Positions 18,181-27,336 of a stretch of 64,000 nt of DNA are shown piece by piece (the stretch's first letter is position 1; each line of letters begins with the position of its first letter). Location: the NCBI RefSeq assembly GCF_058153355.1, contig NZ_CM177019.1. One strand, 5' to 3'. Both the position numbers and the translations under genes were made by a program. The notes beneath the pieces were generated by a model. The model worked only from the letters and a program-made list of their open reading frames with translations. It did no database searches and was not told where the DNA came from.

Positions 18181-18408
18181 TTATTCACCTGCTTGATATC
18201 GGCTAGGCCAGATTACTTCCGGTTTAGTTTCTAAGGCGTTAGCAATAATCTGCTCACCCTTTGGCCAGTGTCGTTCTAGCGCATTAGCTAATGTAGTTGG
18301 CGCATAACCGAACTGCCGGGAAAGAGCTGATAAAGAGAGCTTTCTTTTCTTAAGTCCCGCAATCACATCCGCTCGATGCCAATCACGGGCCTTTTCGTTG
18401 GAACACAT
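18181..18408 (-). CDS. ner: Mu Ner, Cro-like negative regulator of early transcription
   Basis: 75-aa [55 protein letters not shown]... matching my recall of Ner. Confidence 0.93.
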
Positions 18409-18577
18409 TTAAAAACCCTCCTAAGTTTTGTAATCTATAAAGTTAGCAATTTAACTAAGTGTAAAAACTTAGCTAGCTTGCTAAAAAGATAATTACTGAA
18501 AAGCTTTTTGTAAAGTTACTTTTTAGTAAATTTCTTTGATTACTGATTAATGCATTGATAAATAAGGGGTTTAAATT
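18409..18577. promoter_or_regulatory. Mu c-ner divergent control region: operators O1-O3 / transposition enhancer (IAS), with Pe and Pc promoters
   Basis: AT-rich 169-bp gap between divergent ner and c. Inverted copies of the repressor-site motif I recall (CTTTT-Py-AGTAA) are seen at 18492-18503 (attactgaaaag) and 18519-18530 (ctttttagtaaa). Confidence 0.8.
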
Positions 18578-19168
18578 TTGAAAAGTAACTTTATAGAAAA
18601 AGACGATACTGAAAAGTCAATTTGGTGTTCGCCGCAAGAAATTATGGCTGCTGATGGTATGCCTGGATCTGTTGCTGGTGTTCACTATCGAGCAAATGTT
18701 CAAGGCTGGACGAAGCGAAAAAAGGAAGGTGTCAAGGGGGGGAAAGCTGTTGAATACGATGTGATGTCTATGCCCACCAAAGAACGAGAGCAAGTTATTG
18801 CGCACTTGGGGTTATCCACACCGGATACTGGTGTTCAAGCCAATGAGAAACAGGATTCTTCGGAACTGATAAACAAATTAACCACAACCTTAATCAATAT
18901 GATTGAAGAGCTGGAACCAGATGAAGCACGCAAGGCACTGAAACTTTTAAGTAAAGGGGGGTTGTTGGCGTTAATGCCTCTTGTATTTAATGAACAGAAA
19001 CTTTACAGCTTTATAGGATTTTCACAGCAAAGTATTCAGACGTTGATGATGTTAGATGCATTACCTGAAGAAAAACGCAAAGAGATTTTGTCAAAGTATG
19101 GGATTCATGAACAGGAAAGTGTTGTAGTACCTTCACAGGAACCACAGGAGGTAAAAAAAGCCGTATAA
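18578..19168 (+). CDS. c: Mu repressor c (Repc)
   Basis: 196-aa ORF with a TTG start: MKSNFIEK..TEKSIWCSPQEIMAADGMPGSVAGVHYRANVQGWTKRKKEGVKGGKAVEYDV... It matches my recall of Repc, and its N-terminus is paralogous to the MuA N-terminus in the same window. Confidence 0.95.
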   Translation: MKSNFIEKDDTEKSIWCSPQEIMAADGMPGSVAGVHYRANVQGWTKRKKEGVKGGKAVEYDVMSMPTKEREQVIAHLGLSTPDTGVQANEKQDSSELINKLTTTLINMIEELEPDEARKALKLLSKGGLLALMPLVFNEQKLYSFIGFSQQSIQTLMMLDALPEEKRKEILSKYGIHEQESVVVPSQEPQEVKKAV

Positions 19169-19332
19169 CAACCATGAACCAGCTAAAACATACTTCACCT
19201 CACATAATCACACATGTAACATACCTAAACGGCATAAGCTGATTTGTGATATGAGTCATTTGGTGACAGCCTGGTTGTTATCGGTTTTGAACGTTTTTTG
19301 AAGCTGTTATTGAAATGATTTGCAGTGTTTTT

Positions 19333-19506
19333 GTTTTTCGTATTTTGAATGAAACAAAAGCAATTTTTTACTATCTTTCGCGTTTCATTGATTAACGACT
19401 AAAATTTGCGCTACAGGCTTGCAAGCCCCACCAAATCTAATCCCATCAGATCCCGAATAATCCAATGTCCTCCCGGTTTTTTTCGTACTTCAAGTGAATC
19501 AATACA
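19333..19506 (-). repeat. Mu attL: MuA end-binding sites L1 (about 19477-19506), L2 (about 19374-19395) and L3 (about 19333-19356)
   Basis: Three copies of a related motif are seen: ttttcgtacttcaagtgaatca (L1), tttcgcgtttcattgattaa (L2) and tttcgtattttgaatgaaaca (L3). The terminal ...TACA at 19506 is the complement of the Mu 5'-TGTA end. Confidence 0.85.
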
Positions 19507-19511
19507 CCGGG
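19507..19511. repeat. Presumed 5-bp Mu target-site duplication copy (CCGGG)
   Basis: These are the first five host bases after the Mu end. The sequence fits the preferred Mu target pentamer C-Y-S-R-G (recall). The second copy would lie at the right end, outside the window, so the duplication is unverified. Confidence 0.5.
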
Positions 19512-19540
19512 TATGTCGTTATTCAATAAAGGTGCCTCGT

Positions 19541-20443
19541 ATGCAAATCACCAACATGCATTGCAGTGGACAAACCGTTTCACTTGCCGCGGGGGATTAT
19601 CACGCGACTATCGTGACGGTTGGTGCTGGTCTGGCTGAATTAACTTTTCAGGGTTGTCATTTAGTCATCCCGCACAAACCCGAAGAGATGCCGCTGGCGC
19701 ATCTGGGTAAAGTGCTTATTCCGTGGCCGAACCGGATCGCCAACGGCTGTTACCGCTATCAGGGACAGGAATATCAGTTACCCATTAATGAACATAGTTC
19801 AAAAGCCGCTATTCACGGGCTGCTTGCCTGGCGAGACTGGCAAATTAGCGAATTAACCGCCACCAGCGTTACCCTGACAGCTTTTCTACCGCCCAGTTAC
19901 GGCTATCCGTTTATGCTGGCTTCGCAGGTTGTTTATTCGCTCAATGCTCGCACGGGCCTTTCCGTTGAGATCGCAAGCCAGAATATTGGTACTGTGACCG
20001 CACCTTATGGTGTGGGTATTCATCCTTATTTAACCTGCAACTTAACATCTGTTGATGACTATCTTTTCCAGCTTCCGGCAGAACAGGTTTATGCCGTCGA
20101 TGAGCACGCAAATCCGACAACGCTTCACCACGTTGATGAGCTGAATTTAAATTTCACGCGGGCGACAAAAATAGCCGCGACAAAAATAGACCATACCTTT
20201 AAAACCGCTAATGATCTGTGGGAAATGACCATTACCCATCCACAGCAGGCGCTGTCGGTGAGTCTTTGTTCCGATCAACCCTGGGTGCAGGTTTATAGCG
20301 GCGAAAAATTACAGCGTCAGGGACTGGCAGTTGAACCTATGAGTTGCCCGCCTAACGCCTTTAATTCAGGTATCGACTTATTATTACTGGAACCAGGAAA
20401 AACGCACCGCCTGTTTTTTAATATTCACGGGCAGCACAATTAA
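19541..20443 (+). CDS. yihR: Aldose-1-epimerase family protein YihR (sulfoquinovose mutarotase)
   Basis: The track ORF 19406..20443 is trimmed to the first ATG in host DNA (MQITNMHCSGQTVSLAAGDYHATIVTVGAGLAELTF...). It has galactose-mutarotase-like motifs and lies next to yihQ. Confidence 0.85.
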   Translation: MQITNMHCSGQTVSLAAGDYHATIVTVGAGLAELTFQGCHLVIPHKPEEMPLAHLGKVLIPWPNRIANGCYRYQGQEYQLPINEHSSKAAIHGLLAWRDWQISELTATSVTLTAFLPPSYGYPFMLASQVVYSLNARTGLSVEIASQNIGTVTAPYGVGIHPYLTCNLTSVDDYLFQLPAEQVYAVDEHANPTTLHHVDELNLNFTRATKIAATKIDHTFKTANDLWEMTITHPQQALSVSLCSDQPWVQVYSGEKLQRQGLAVEPMSCPPNAFNSGIDLLLLEPGKTHRLFFNIHGQHN

Positions 20444-20503
20444 TTTTATTAAGAAAAGAACGAGATTATTGTTTAGGGTTGTATTTACACAACAGGAAAT
20501 ATT

Positions 20504-21379
20504 ATGGACTTTTTTACGTTATTTTCGCCAGATGGGGCCATGCTGGAAACAAACGTGGTATGTATCGTTATCGCGTTGATGTTTCTTTATACCTTTGTGG
20601 GGATATGCGCGGGATTTGGTGGCGGTTTAACCACCATGCCACTCGTCACGTTAATGCTCCCCGTAAAAATGGCAACACCACTTTCGGTAATTGTCGGCAC
20701 CGCAACCGCCTTGTACGCCACCTGGCTATCACGCAAAGAAACGGATTGGCGCTCGGCAATGGTGCTGATTATTTTCTCATTTTTGGGAATACCCGTCGGT
20801 TTATATGCGCTGTCATATTTACCCGACCATTTTATGAAAGTGGGCTTAGGTGGATTTCTTATCCTCTACTCCTTTTACAGCATGTTTATTCCTCGCTTGC
20901 CGATTTATGACCGTAACTGGATCGCCGCACCTATCGGCGCAGTAGCTGGCGCATTAGGCGCGGCGTTCTCAACCAACGGGCCGCCGATGGTTATCTACGG
21001 GATGCTGCGTAACTTAGGTCCGGCGGCATTTCGCGGCACTCTGAACGCTTTCTTCACCGCAAACAACATCGCGGTGATCGGCGGGCTGGCGACCAGCGGA
21101 ATTTTGACTGTTTCTATCTTTAAACTGGTGCTGTTTTGTATTCCCACCATGATCCTCGGTTCACTGATTGGACAATATGTGCATAAACGCATTTCGGTCA
21201 AAGTGTTTCGTGTGATGGTCTTTTTATTGTTGATTGCCTCCGGTTCTATGTTGATAAAAGGTGCGTTGGGAATTCCCGCCGCTGCCGCACTTCTGCCTCC
21301 GTTTACCTTGTTAGTTATACTGCAACTGGCATTTGGTAAAAAAGTGGCGGCAATCCGCCGGGCTGAAGAAAGTAAATAA
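20504..21379 (+). CDS. TSUP (TauE/SafE) family anion permease
   Basis: 291-aa polytopic membrane protein with the Gly-rich motif GICAGFGGGLTTMPL and an internal repeat (second half ...APIGAVAGALGAAFSTNGPPMV). AGGAAA lies upstream of the ATG. Confidence 0.8.
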   Translation: MDFFTLFSPDGAMLETNVVCIVIALMFLYTFVGICAGFGGGLTTMPLVTLMLPVKMATPLSVIVGTATALYATWLSRKETDWRSAMVLIIFSFLGIPVGLYALSYLPDHFMKVGLGGFLILYSFYSMFIPRLPIYDRNWIAAPIGAVAGALGAAFSTNGPPMVIYGMLRNLGPAAFRGTLNAFFTANNIAVIGGLATSGILTVSIFKLVLFCIPTMILGSLIGQYVHKRISVKVFRVMVFLLLIASGSMLIKGALGIPAAAALLPPFTLLVILQLAFGKKVAAIRRAEESK

Positions 21380-21485
21380 TCATTATGCGGGTTTTAATTT
21401 ATACCTTCACACATTCTTTAATTAATGAAACCTGTAATAACAGGATGGCATGAAATATTAGTTTTATACTCTATGGAGATTATTT

Positions 21486-23522
21486 ATGGATACGCCACGC
21501 CCACAGTTATTAGATTTTCAATTTCATCAGAATAACGACAGTTTTACTCTACGTTTTCAAGACCGTCTTATTTTAATCCATAGCAAAGATAATCCTTGCT
21601 TATCGATTGGCTCAGGTATAGCGGATATCGATATGTTCCGCGGTAATTTCAGCATTAAAGATAAATTGCAGGAGAAGATTGCGCTCACCGACGCCATCGT
21701 CAGCCAGTCACCGGATGGCTGGTTAATCCATTTCAGCCGTGGTTCTGACATTAGCGCCACGCTGCGTATCTCTGCCGACGATCAGGGCCGTTTATTGCTG
21801 GAACTACAAAACGACAACCATCACCACAACCGCATCTGGCTGCGTCTTGCCGCACAACCAGAGGACCATATCTACGGCTGCGGCGAACAATTCTCCTACT
21901 TTGATCTGCGCGGCAAACCGTTCCCGCTATGGACCAGTGAACAAGGCGTTGGTCGCAACAAACAAACCTATGTCACCTGGCAGGCCGACTGCAAAGAGAA
22001 CGCGGGCGGCGACTATTACTGGACTTTCTTCCCGCAGCCTACTTTTGTCAGCACGCAGAAGTATTACTGCCATGTCGATAACAGCTGCTATATGAACTTC
22101 GACTTCAGTGCTCCGGAATACCATGAACTGGCATTGTGGGAAGACAATGCCACCCTGCGTTTTGAATGTGCGGACACATACATCTCCCTGTTGGAAAAAT
22201 TAACCGCCCTGCTGGGACGTCAGCCAGAACTGCCCGACTGGATTTATGACGGGGTAACGCTAGGTATTCAGGGCGGGACAGATGTATGCCAGAAGAAACT
22301 GGATACCATGCGTAACGCGGGTGTGAAGGTCAACGGCATCTGGGCGCAGGACTGGTCCGGGATCCGCATGACCTCGTTTGGCAAACGTGTGATGTGGAAC
22401 TGGAAGTGGAACAGTGAAAACTACCCACAGTTAGATTCCCGCATCAAGCAATGGAAAGAAGAAGGCGTGCAGTTCCTCGCCTACATCAACCCGTATGTTG
22501 CCAGCGATAAGGACCTCTGCGCCGAGGCGGCTTCACATGGCTATCTGGCAAAAGATGCCTCTGGCGGTGACTATCTGGTGGAATTTGGGGAGTTTTACGG
22601 CGGCGTTGTCGATTTGACCAATCCTGAAGCATATTCCTGGTTCAAAGAAGTCATCAAGAAAAACATGATCGAATTGGGCTGCGGCGGCTGGATGGCAGAT
22701 TTTGGCGAATACTTGCCGACCGATACGTATCTGCATAACGGCGTTAGCGCCGAAATTATGCATAACGCCTGGCCCGCACTGTGGGCGAAATGTAACTACG
22801 AAGCCCTTGAAGAAACGGGCAAGCTTGGCGAGATCCTTTTCTTTATGCGCGCCGGTTCTACCGGTAGCCAGAAATACTCCACCATGATGTGGGCGGGCGA
22901 CCAGAACGTCGACTGGAGTCTGGACGATGGCCTGGCGTCGGTTGTTCCGGCGGCGCTCTCGCTGGCGATGACCGGGCATGGCCTGCATCACAGTGACATT
23001 GGCGGTTACACCACCCTGTTTGAGATGAAGCGCAGCAAAGAGCTGCTGCTGCGCTGGTGCGATTTCAGCGCCTTCACGCCGATGATGCGCACCCACGAAG
23101 GTAACCGTCCTGGCGACAACTGGCAGTTTGACGGCGACGCGGAAACCATCGCCCATTTTGCCCGTATGACCACCGTCTTCACCACCCTGAAACCTTACCT
23201 CAAAGACGCCGTCGCGCTGAATGCGAAGTCCGGCCTGCCGGTTATGCGCCCGCTGTTCCTGCATTACGAAGACGACGCGCAGACCTACACCCTGAAATAT
23301 CAGTACCTGTTAGGCCGCGACATTCTGGTCGCTCCGGTGCATGAACAAGGCCGTAGCGACTGGACGCTCTATCTGCCGGAGGATAACTGGGTCCACGCCT
23401 GGACAGGTGAAGCGTTCCGGGGCGGGGAAGTTACCGTTAATGCGCCCATCGGTAAACCGCCGGTCTTTTATCGCGCCGATAGCGAATGGGCGGCACTGTT
23501 CGCGTCGTTAAAAAGCATCTAA
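21486..23522 (+). CDS. yihQ: GH31 sulfoquinovosidase YihQ
   Basis: 678-aa ORF with GH31 motifs (GIWAQDWSG, GWMADFGEYLP, WAGDQNVDW). Length and context match E. coli YihQ. Confidence 0.93.
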   Translation: MDTPRPQLLDFQFHQNNDSFTLRFQDRLILIHSKDNPCLSIGSGIADIDMFRGNFSIKDKLQEKIALTDAIVSQSPDGWLIHFSRGSDISATLRISADDQGRLLLELQNDNHHHNRIWLRLAAQPEDHIYGCGEQFSYFDLRGKPFPLWTSEQGVGRNKQTYVTWQADCKENAGGDYYWTFFPQPTFVSTQKYYCHVDNSCYMNFDFSAPEYHELALWEDNATLRFECADTYISLLEKLTALLGRQPELPDWIYDGVTLGIQGGTDVCQKKLDTMRNAGVKVNGIWAQDWSGIRMTSFGKRVMWNWKWNSENYPQLDSRIKQWKEEGVQFLAYINPYVASDKDLCAEAASHGYLAKDASGGDYLVEFGEFYGGVVDLTNPEAYSWFKEVIKKNMIELGCGGWMADFGEYLPTDTYLHNGVSAEIMHNAWPALWAKCNYEALEETGKLGEILFFMRAGSTGSQKYSTMMWAGDQNVDWSLDDGLASVVPAALSLAMTGHGLHHSDIGGYTTLFEMKRSKELLLRWCDFSAFTPMMRTHEGNRPGDNWQFDGDAETIAHFARMTTVFTTLKPYLKDAVALNAKSGLPVMRPLFLHYEDDAQTYTLKYQYLLGRDILVAPVHEQGRSDWTLYLPEDNWVHAWTGEAFRGGEVTVNAPIGKPPVFYRADSEWAALFASLKSI

Positions 23523-23567
23523 TCACGTCCGCCCGTGGGGAAACTCACGGGCAAAGGGAGAACAACG

Positions 23568-24953
23568 ATGAGTCACATCACAACGGAAGATCCGGCTACT
23601 TTACGTCTGCCCTTTAAAGAGAAACTCTCTTACGGTATCGGCGATCTGGCCTCTAACATCCTGCTGGATATCGGCACGCTTTATCTTTTGAAGTTTTATA
23701 CCGACGTTCTGGGGCTGCCCGGTACCTATGGCGGCATTATCTTTTTGATTTCGAAGTTCTTTACTGCGTTTACCGATATGGGTACCGGCATCATGCTCGA
23801 TTCCCGACGCAAGATCGGTCCAAAAGGTAAGTTCCGTCCTTTTATTCTGTATGCGTCATTCCCGGTCACCTTACTGGCGATCGCCAACTTTGTCGGCACA
23901 CCGTTTGATGTCACCGGTAAAACGGTGATGGCCACTATCCTGTTTATGCTCTACGGGCTGTTTTTCAGCATGATGAACTGCTCTTATGGCGCAATGGTCC
24001 CCGCTATTACCAAAAACCCCAACGAACGCGCATCACTGGCGGCATGGCGTCAGGGTGGCGCTACATTGGGCCTGCTGCTTTGTACGGTGGGATTCGTGCC
24101 GGTTATGAATCTTATCGAGGGTAATCAGCAACTTGGCTATATCTTCGCCGCCACGCTGTTTTCACTGTTCGGCCTGCTGTTTATGTGGATCTGCTATTCG
24201 GGCGTGAAAGAGCGTTATGTCGAAACGCAACCTGCAAATCCGGCGCAAAAGCCTGGCTTGTTGCAGTCTTTCCGCGCAATTGCGGGTAACCGCCCACTGT
24301 TCATTCTGTGTATTGCCAACCTCTGCACCTTAGGGGCGTTTAACGTCAAGCTCGCCATCCAGGTCTATTACACCCAGTACGTACTTAACGATCCCATCCT
24401 GTTGTCGTATATGGGATTTTTCAGCATGGGCTGTATTTTCATCGGCGTGTTCCTGATGCCTGGCGCAGTCAGACGTTTTGGTAAGAAGAAGGTCTATATC
24501 GGCGGTCTGCTGATCTGGGTGCTGGGCGATCTGCTCAACTATTTCTTCGGCGGCGGCTCGGTTAGCTTTGTGGCGTTCTCCTGCCTGGCATTCTTCGGCT
24601 CGGCGTTTGTTAACAGCCTGAACTGGGCACTGGTTTCTGACACCGTCGAGTACGGCGAGTGGCGCACCGGTGTGCGTTCGGAAGGTACGGTCTACACCGG
24701 CTTCACCTTCTTTCGCAAAGTTTCTCAGGCGCTGGCAGGCTTCTTCCCTGGCTGGATGCTGACGCAAATCGGCTATGTACCAAACGTCGCCCAGGCTGAC
24801 CACACCATTGAAGGGTTGCGCCAGCTGATCTTCATCTACCCAAGCGCACTGGCGGTAGTCACCATTGTTGCGATGGGTTGCTTCTACAGCCTGAACGAGA
24901 AGATGTACGTCCGCATTGTAGAAGAAATAGAAGCCCGTAAACGCACGGCATAA
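23568..24953 (+). CDS. yihP: GPH-family (glycoside-pentoside-hexuronide) transporter YihP
   Basis: Start chosen at the ATG at 23568 (AGGGAG upstream), giving 461 aa. It is a paralogue of the next gene. Confidence 0.9.
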   Translation: MSHITTEDPATLRLPFKEKLSYGIGDLASNILLDIGTLYLLKFYTDVLGLPGTYGGIIFLISKFFTAFTDMGTGIMLDSRRKIGPKGKFRPFILYASFPVTLLAIANFVGTPFDVTGKTVMATILFMLYGLFFSMMNCSYGAMVPAITKNPNERASLAAWRQGGATLGLLLCTVGFVPVMNLIEGNQQLGYIFAATLFSLFGLLFMWICYSGVKERYVETQPANPAQKPGLLQSFRAIAGNRPLFILCIANLCTLGAFNVKLAIQVYYTQYVLNDPILLSYMGFFSMGCIFIGVFLMPGAVRRFGKKKVYIGGLLIWVLGDLLNYFFGGGSVSFVAFSCLAFFGSAFVNSLNWALVSDTVEYGEWRTGVRSEGTVYTGFTFFRKVSQALAGFFPGWMLTQIGYVPNVAQADHTIEGLRQLIFIYPSALAVVTIVAMGCFYSLNEKMYVRIVEEIEARKRTA

Positions 24954-24993
24954 ATAATAAACAACGCCCTGCGGGGCGTTATAAGGAGTGATT

Positions 24994-26397
24994 ATGTCTG
25001 ACCATAATCCACTGACATTAAAACTGAATCTGCGGGAAAAAATCGCTTATGGCATGGGCGACGTCGGTTCGAATTTAATGCTTAGCATCGGCACTCTGTA
25101 TCTCCTCAAATTTTATACCGATGAATTAGGGATGCCTGCTTACTATGGCGGGATTATCTTTCTGGTGGCGAAATTCTTTACCGCGTTTACCGATATGCTC
25201 ACCGGATTTTTACTCGACTCGCGGAAAAATATTGGGCCTAAAGGCAAATTTCGTCCCTTTATTTTATATGCAGCGGTTCCGGCGGCGTTAATTGCAACGC
25301 TCCAGTTTATCGCCACCACTTTTAGTTTGCCGATTAAAACGACGATTGCCACCGCGCTGTTTATGATGTTTGGACTTTCATACAGTCTGATGAACTGCTC
25401 GTATGGCGCGATGATCCCAGCAATTACCAAAAACCCCAATGAGCGCGCGCAGCTTGCGGCTTACCGCCAGGGTGGTGCAACCATAGGGCTATTGATTTGT
25501 ACCGTAGCATTTATTCCATTGCAGTCGCTTTTTTCTGACTCCACTGTCGGTTATGCCTGCGCGGCACTGATGTTCTCCATTGGTGGCTTTATTTTTATGA
25601 TGCTGTGCTACAGAGGCGTCAAAGAGCATTATGTGGACACGACGCCAACCGGACATAAAGCCAGTATTCTCAAATCTTTTTGCGCGATATTTCGTAATCC
25701 GCCATTGCTGGTTTTATGCATTGCTAACCTGTGTACCCTGGCGGCATTTAATATCAAACTGGCAATTCAGGTCTATTACACCCAGTATGTGCTGAATGAT
25801 ATTAATTTATTGTCGTGGATGGGATTCTTCAGTATGGGATGCATCCTCATCGGCGTATTGCTGGTGCCATTAACTGTAAAATATTTTGGTAAAAAACAGG
25901 TTTATTTAGCTGGCATGGTGCTGTGGGCGGTGGGGGATATCCTGAATTATTTCTGGGGCAGTAACTCTTTCACTTTCGTCATGTTCTCTTGTGTCGCCTT
26001 TTTTGGTACGGCCTTTGTAAACAGCCTGAACTGGGCGCTGGTACCGGATACCGTAGATTATGGTGAATGGAAAACAGGTATACGTGCCGAAGGTTCTGTT
26101 TATACCGGTTATACCTTCTTTCGTAAAATTTCAGCCGCACTTGCTGGCTTCTTGCCAGGCATTATGCTGACGCAAATCGGTTATGTTCCCAACATCGCGC
26201 AAAGCGATGCAACATTACAGGGTTTGCGTCAGCTCATTTTTATTTGGCCTTGTGCGCTGGCGATAATTGCTGCATTGACGATGGGATTCTTTTACACGCT
26301 CAATGAAAAACGTTTTGCGATGATTATTGAGGAAGTTAACCAACGCAAAAATAAAGAAATTAAGACAGAAGAAAAAACGGCTTCCGTAACGTTATAA
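24994..26397 (+). CDS. yihO: GPH-family sulfoquinovose importer YihO
   Basis: Start chosen at the ATG at 24994 (AAGGAG 5 nt upstream), giving 467 aa. It shares long identical blocks with YihP (LYLLKFYTD, GKFRPFILYA, MNCSYGAM.PAITKNPNERA). Confidence 0.9.
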   Translation: MSDHNPLTLKLNLREKIAYGMGDVGSNLMLSIGTLYLLKFYTDELGMPAYYGGIIFLVAKFFTAFTDMLTGFLLDSRKNIGPKGKFRPFILYAAVPAALIATLQFIATTFSLPIKTTIATALFMMFGLSYSLMNCSYGAMIPAITKNPNERAQLAAYRQGGATIGLLICTVAFIPLQSLFSDSTVGYACAALMFSIGGFIFMMLCYRGVKEHYVDTTPTGHKASILKSFCAIFRNPPLLVLCIANLCTLAAFNIKLAIQVYYTQYVLNDINLLSWMGFFSMGCILIGVLLVPLTVKYFGKKQVYLAGMVLWAVGDILNYFWGSNSFTFVMFSCVAFFGTAFVNSLNWALVPDTVDYGEWKTGIRAEGSVYTGYTFFRKISAALAGFLPGIMLTQIGYVPNIAQSDATLQGLRQLIFIWPCALAIIAALTMGFFYTLNEKRFAMIIEEVNQRKNKEIKTEEKTASVTL

Positions 26398-26463
26398 AAA
26401 CAATAGCCGCTATGACCATCTACAGGGATGGCGGCCTTCCTACATATAAAAAATGGATTTAAT

Positions 26464-27156
26464 ATGAAAAAGTTAAATGCAATAATTTTATTATCCTCTC
26501 TGACTTCCGCATCGGTATTCGCAGGCGCATACGTCGAAAACAGGGAGGCATATAATCTCGCCTCCGATCAGGGCGAGGTTATGCTACGTGTGGGTTATAA
26601 CTTCGATATGGGCGCGGGTATCATGTTAACCAATACCTACAACTTTCAGCGAGAAGATGAACTAAAACATGGATATAACGAAATCGAAGGTTGGTATCCT
26701 TTATTTAAACCAACCGATAAATTAACCATCCAGCCCGGTGGCTTAATTAATGATAAGAGCGCCGGTTCCGGTGGTGCTGTTTATCTGGATGTTAACTACA
26801 AATTTGCCCCGTGGTTTAACCTGACGGTACGCAACCGTTTTAACCATAATAACTACAGCACAACCGATTTAAACGGTGATCTGGATAATAATGACAGCTA
26901 CGAGATTGGTAACTACTGGAACTTTATTATTACCGATAAGTTCTCATATACCTTTGAACCGCATTATTTTTATAATATTAATGATTTCAACAGCAGCAAT
27001 GGCACCAAGCATCACTGGGAAATCACTAACACCTTCCGTTACCGAATTAATGAGCACTGGCTGCCCTATATTGAATTGCGCTGGTTAGACCGCAACGTCG
27101 AGCCGTACCACCGCGAGCAAAACCAGATCCGTATCGGGACGAAGTATTTCTTCTGA
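26464..27156 (+). CDS. ompL: Outer membrane porin OmpL
   Basis: Start chosen at MKKLNAIILLSSLTSASVFA (signal peptide), giving 230 aa. It has the terminal aromatic ...GTKYFF typical of a beta-barrel. Confidence 0.9.
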   Translation: MKKLNAIILLSSLTSASVFAGAYVENREAYNLASDQGEVMLRVGYNFDMGAGIMLTNTYNFQREDELKHGYNEIEGWYPLFKPTDKLTIQPGGLINDKSAGSGGAVYLDVNYKFAPWFNLTVRNRFNHNNYSTTDLNGDLDNNDSYEIGNYWNFIITDKFSYTFEPHYFYNINDFNSSNGTKHHWEITNTFRYRINEHWLPYIELRWLDRNVEPYHREQNQIRIGTKYFF

Positions 27157-27165
27157 TGTAAAAAT

Positions 27166-27199
27166 GTAAAAAGCCGCTGATATTTAAGCGGCTTTTTAC
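27166..27199 (+). terminator. Rho-independent terminator after ompL
   Basis: AAAAAGCCGCT-gatattta-AGCGGCTTTTT hairpin with a T-run, seen directly in the sequence. Confidence 0.8.
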
Positions 27200-27336
27200 A
27201 CAGATATTCACAATATAAATAACTCCCCATAATTATATAACCGCGTTGATTATAAAATATTCCTCGTCCTCTCTATCAAAGTCATTGACTACCAGGTAAG
27301 ATCTTTTCCACTGCAACACTCACAAGGAATGAGAAA

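Larger units (their letters stand above)
1..19506 (-). mobile_element. Bacteriophage Mu (or near-identical Mu-like) prophage, left ~19.5 kb; the rest of the element lies beyond the window start
   Basis: Uninterrupted Mu gene order on the minus strand (T,I,G,F,H,terminase,lysis,C,mor,gemA,early ORFs,gam,kil,B,A,ner) with divergent c. It ends in ...cttcaagtgaatcaataca at 19506, the reverse complement of the Mu left end TGTATTGATTCACTTGAAG as I recall it. Repc, Ner, MuA, MuB, Gam, Mor, C and Lys translations match my recall of phage Mu proteins. Confidence 0.95.

Noticed and set aside
19406-19540. N-terminal 45 codons of track ORF 19406..20443 (MRYRLASPTKSNPIRSRIIQCPPGFFRTSSESIHRVCRYSIKVPR...)
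   Set aside because: This reading frame runs through the Mu attL end (terminus at 19506) into host DNA, so it is a chimeric artefact. yihR starts at the ATG at 19541.
22533-23264. 243-aa minus-strand ORF
   Set aside because: It is an antisense shadow of yihQ.
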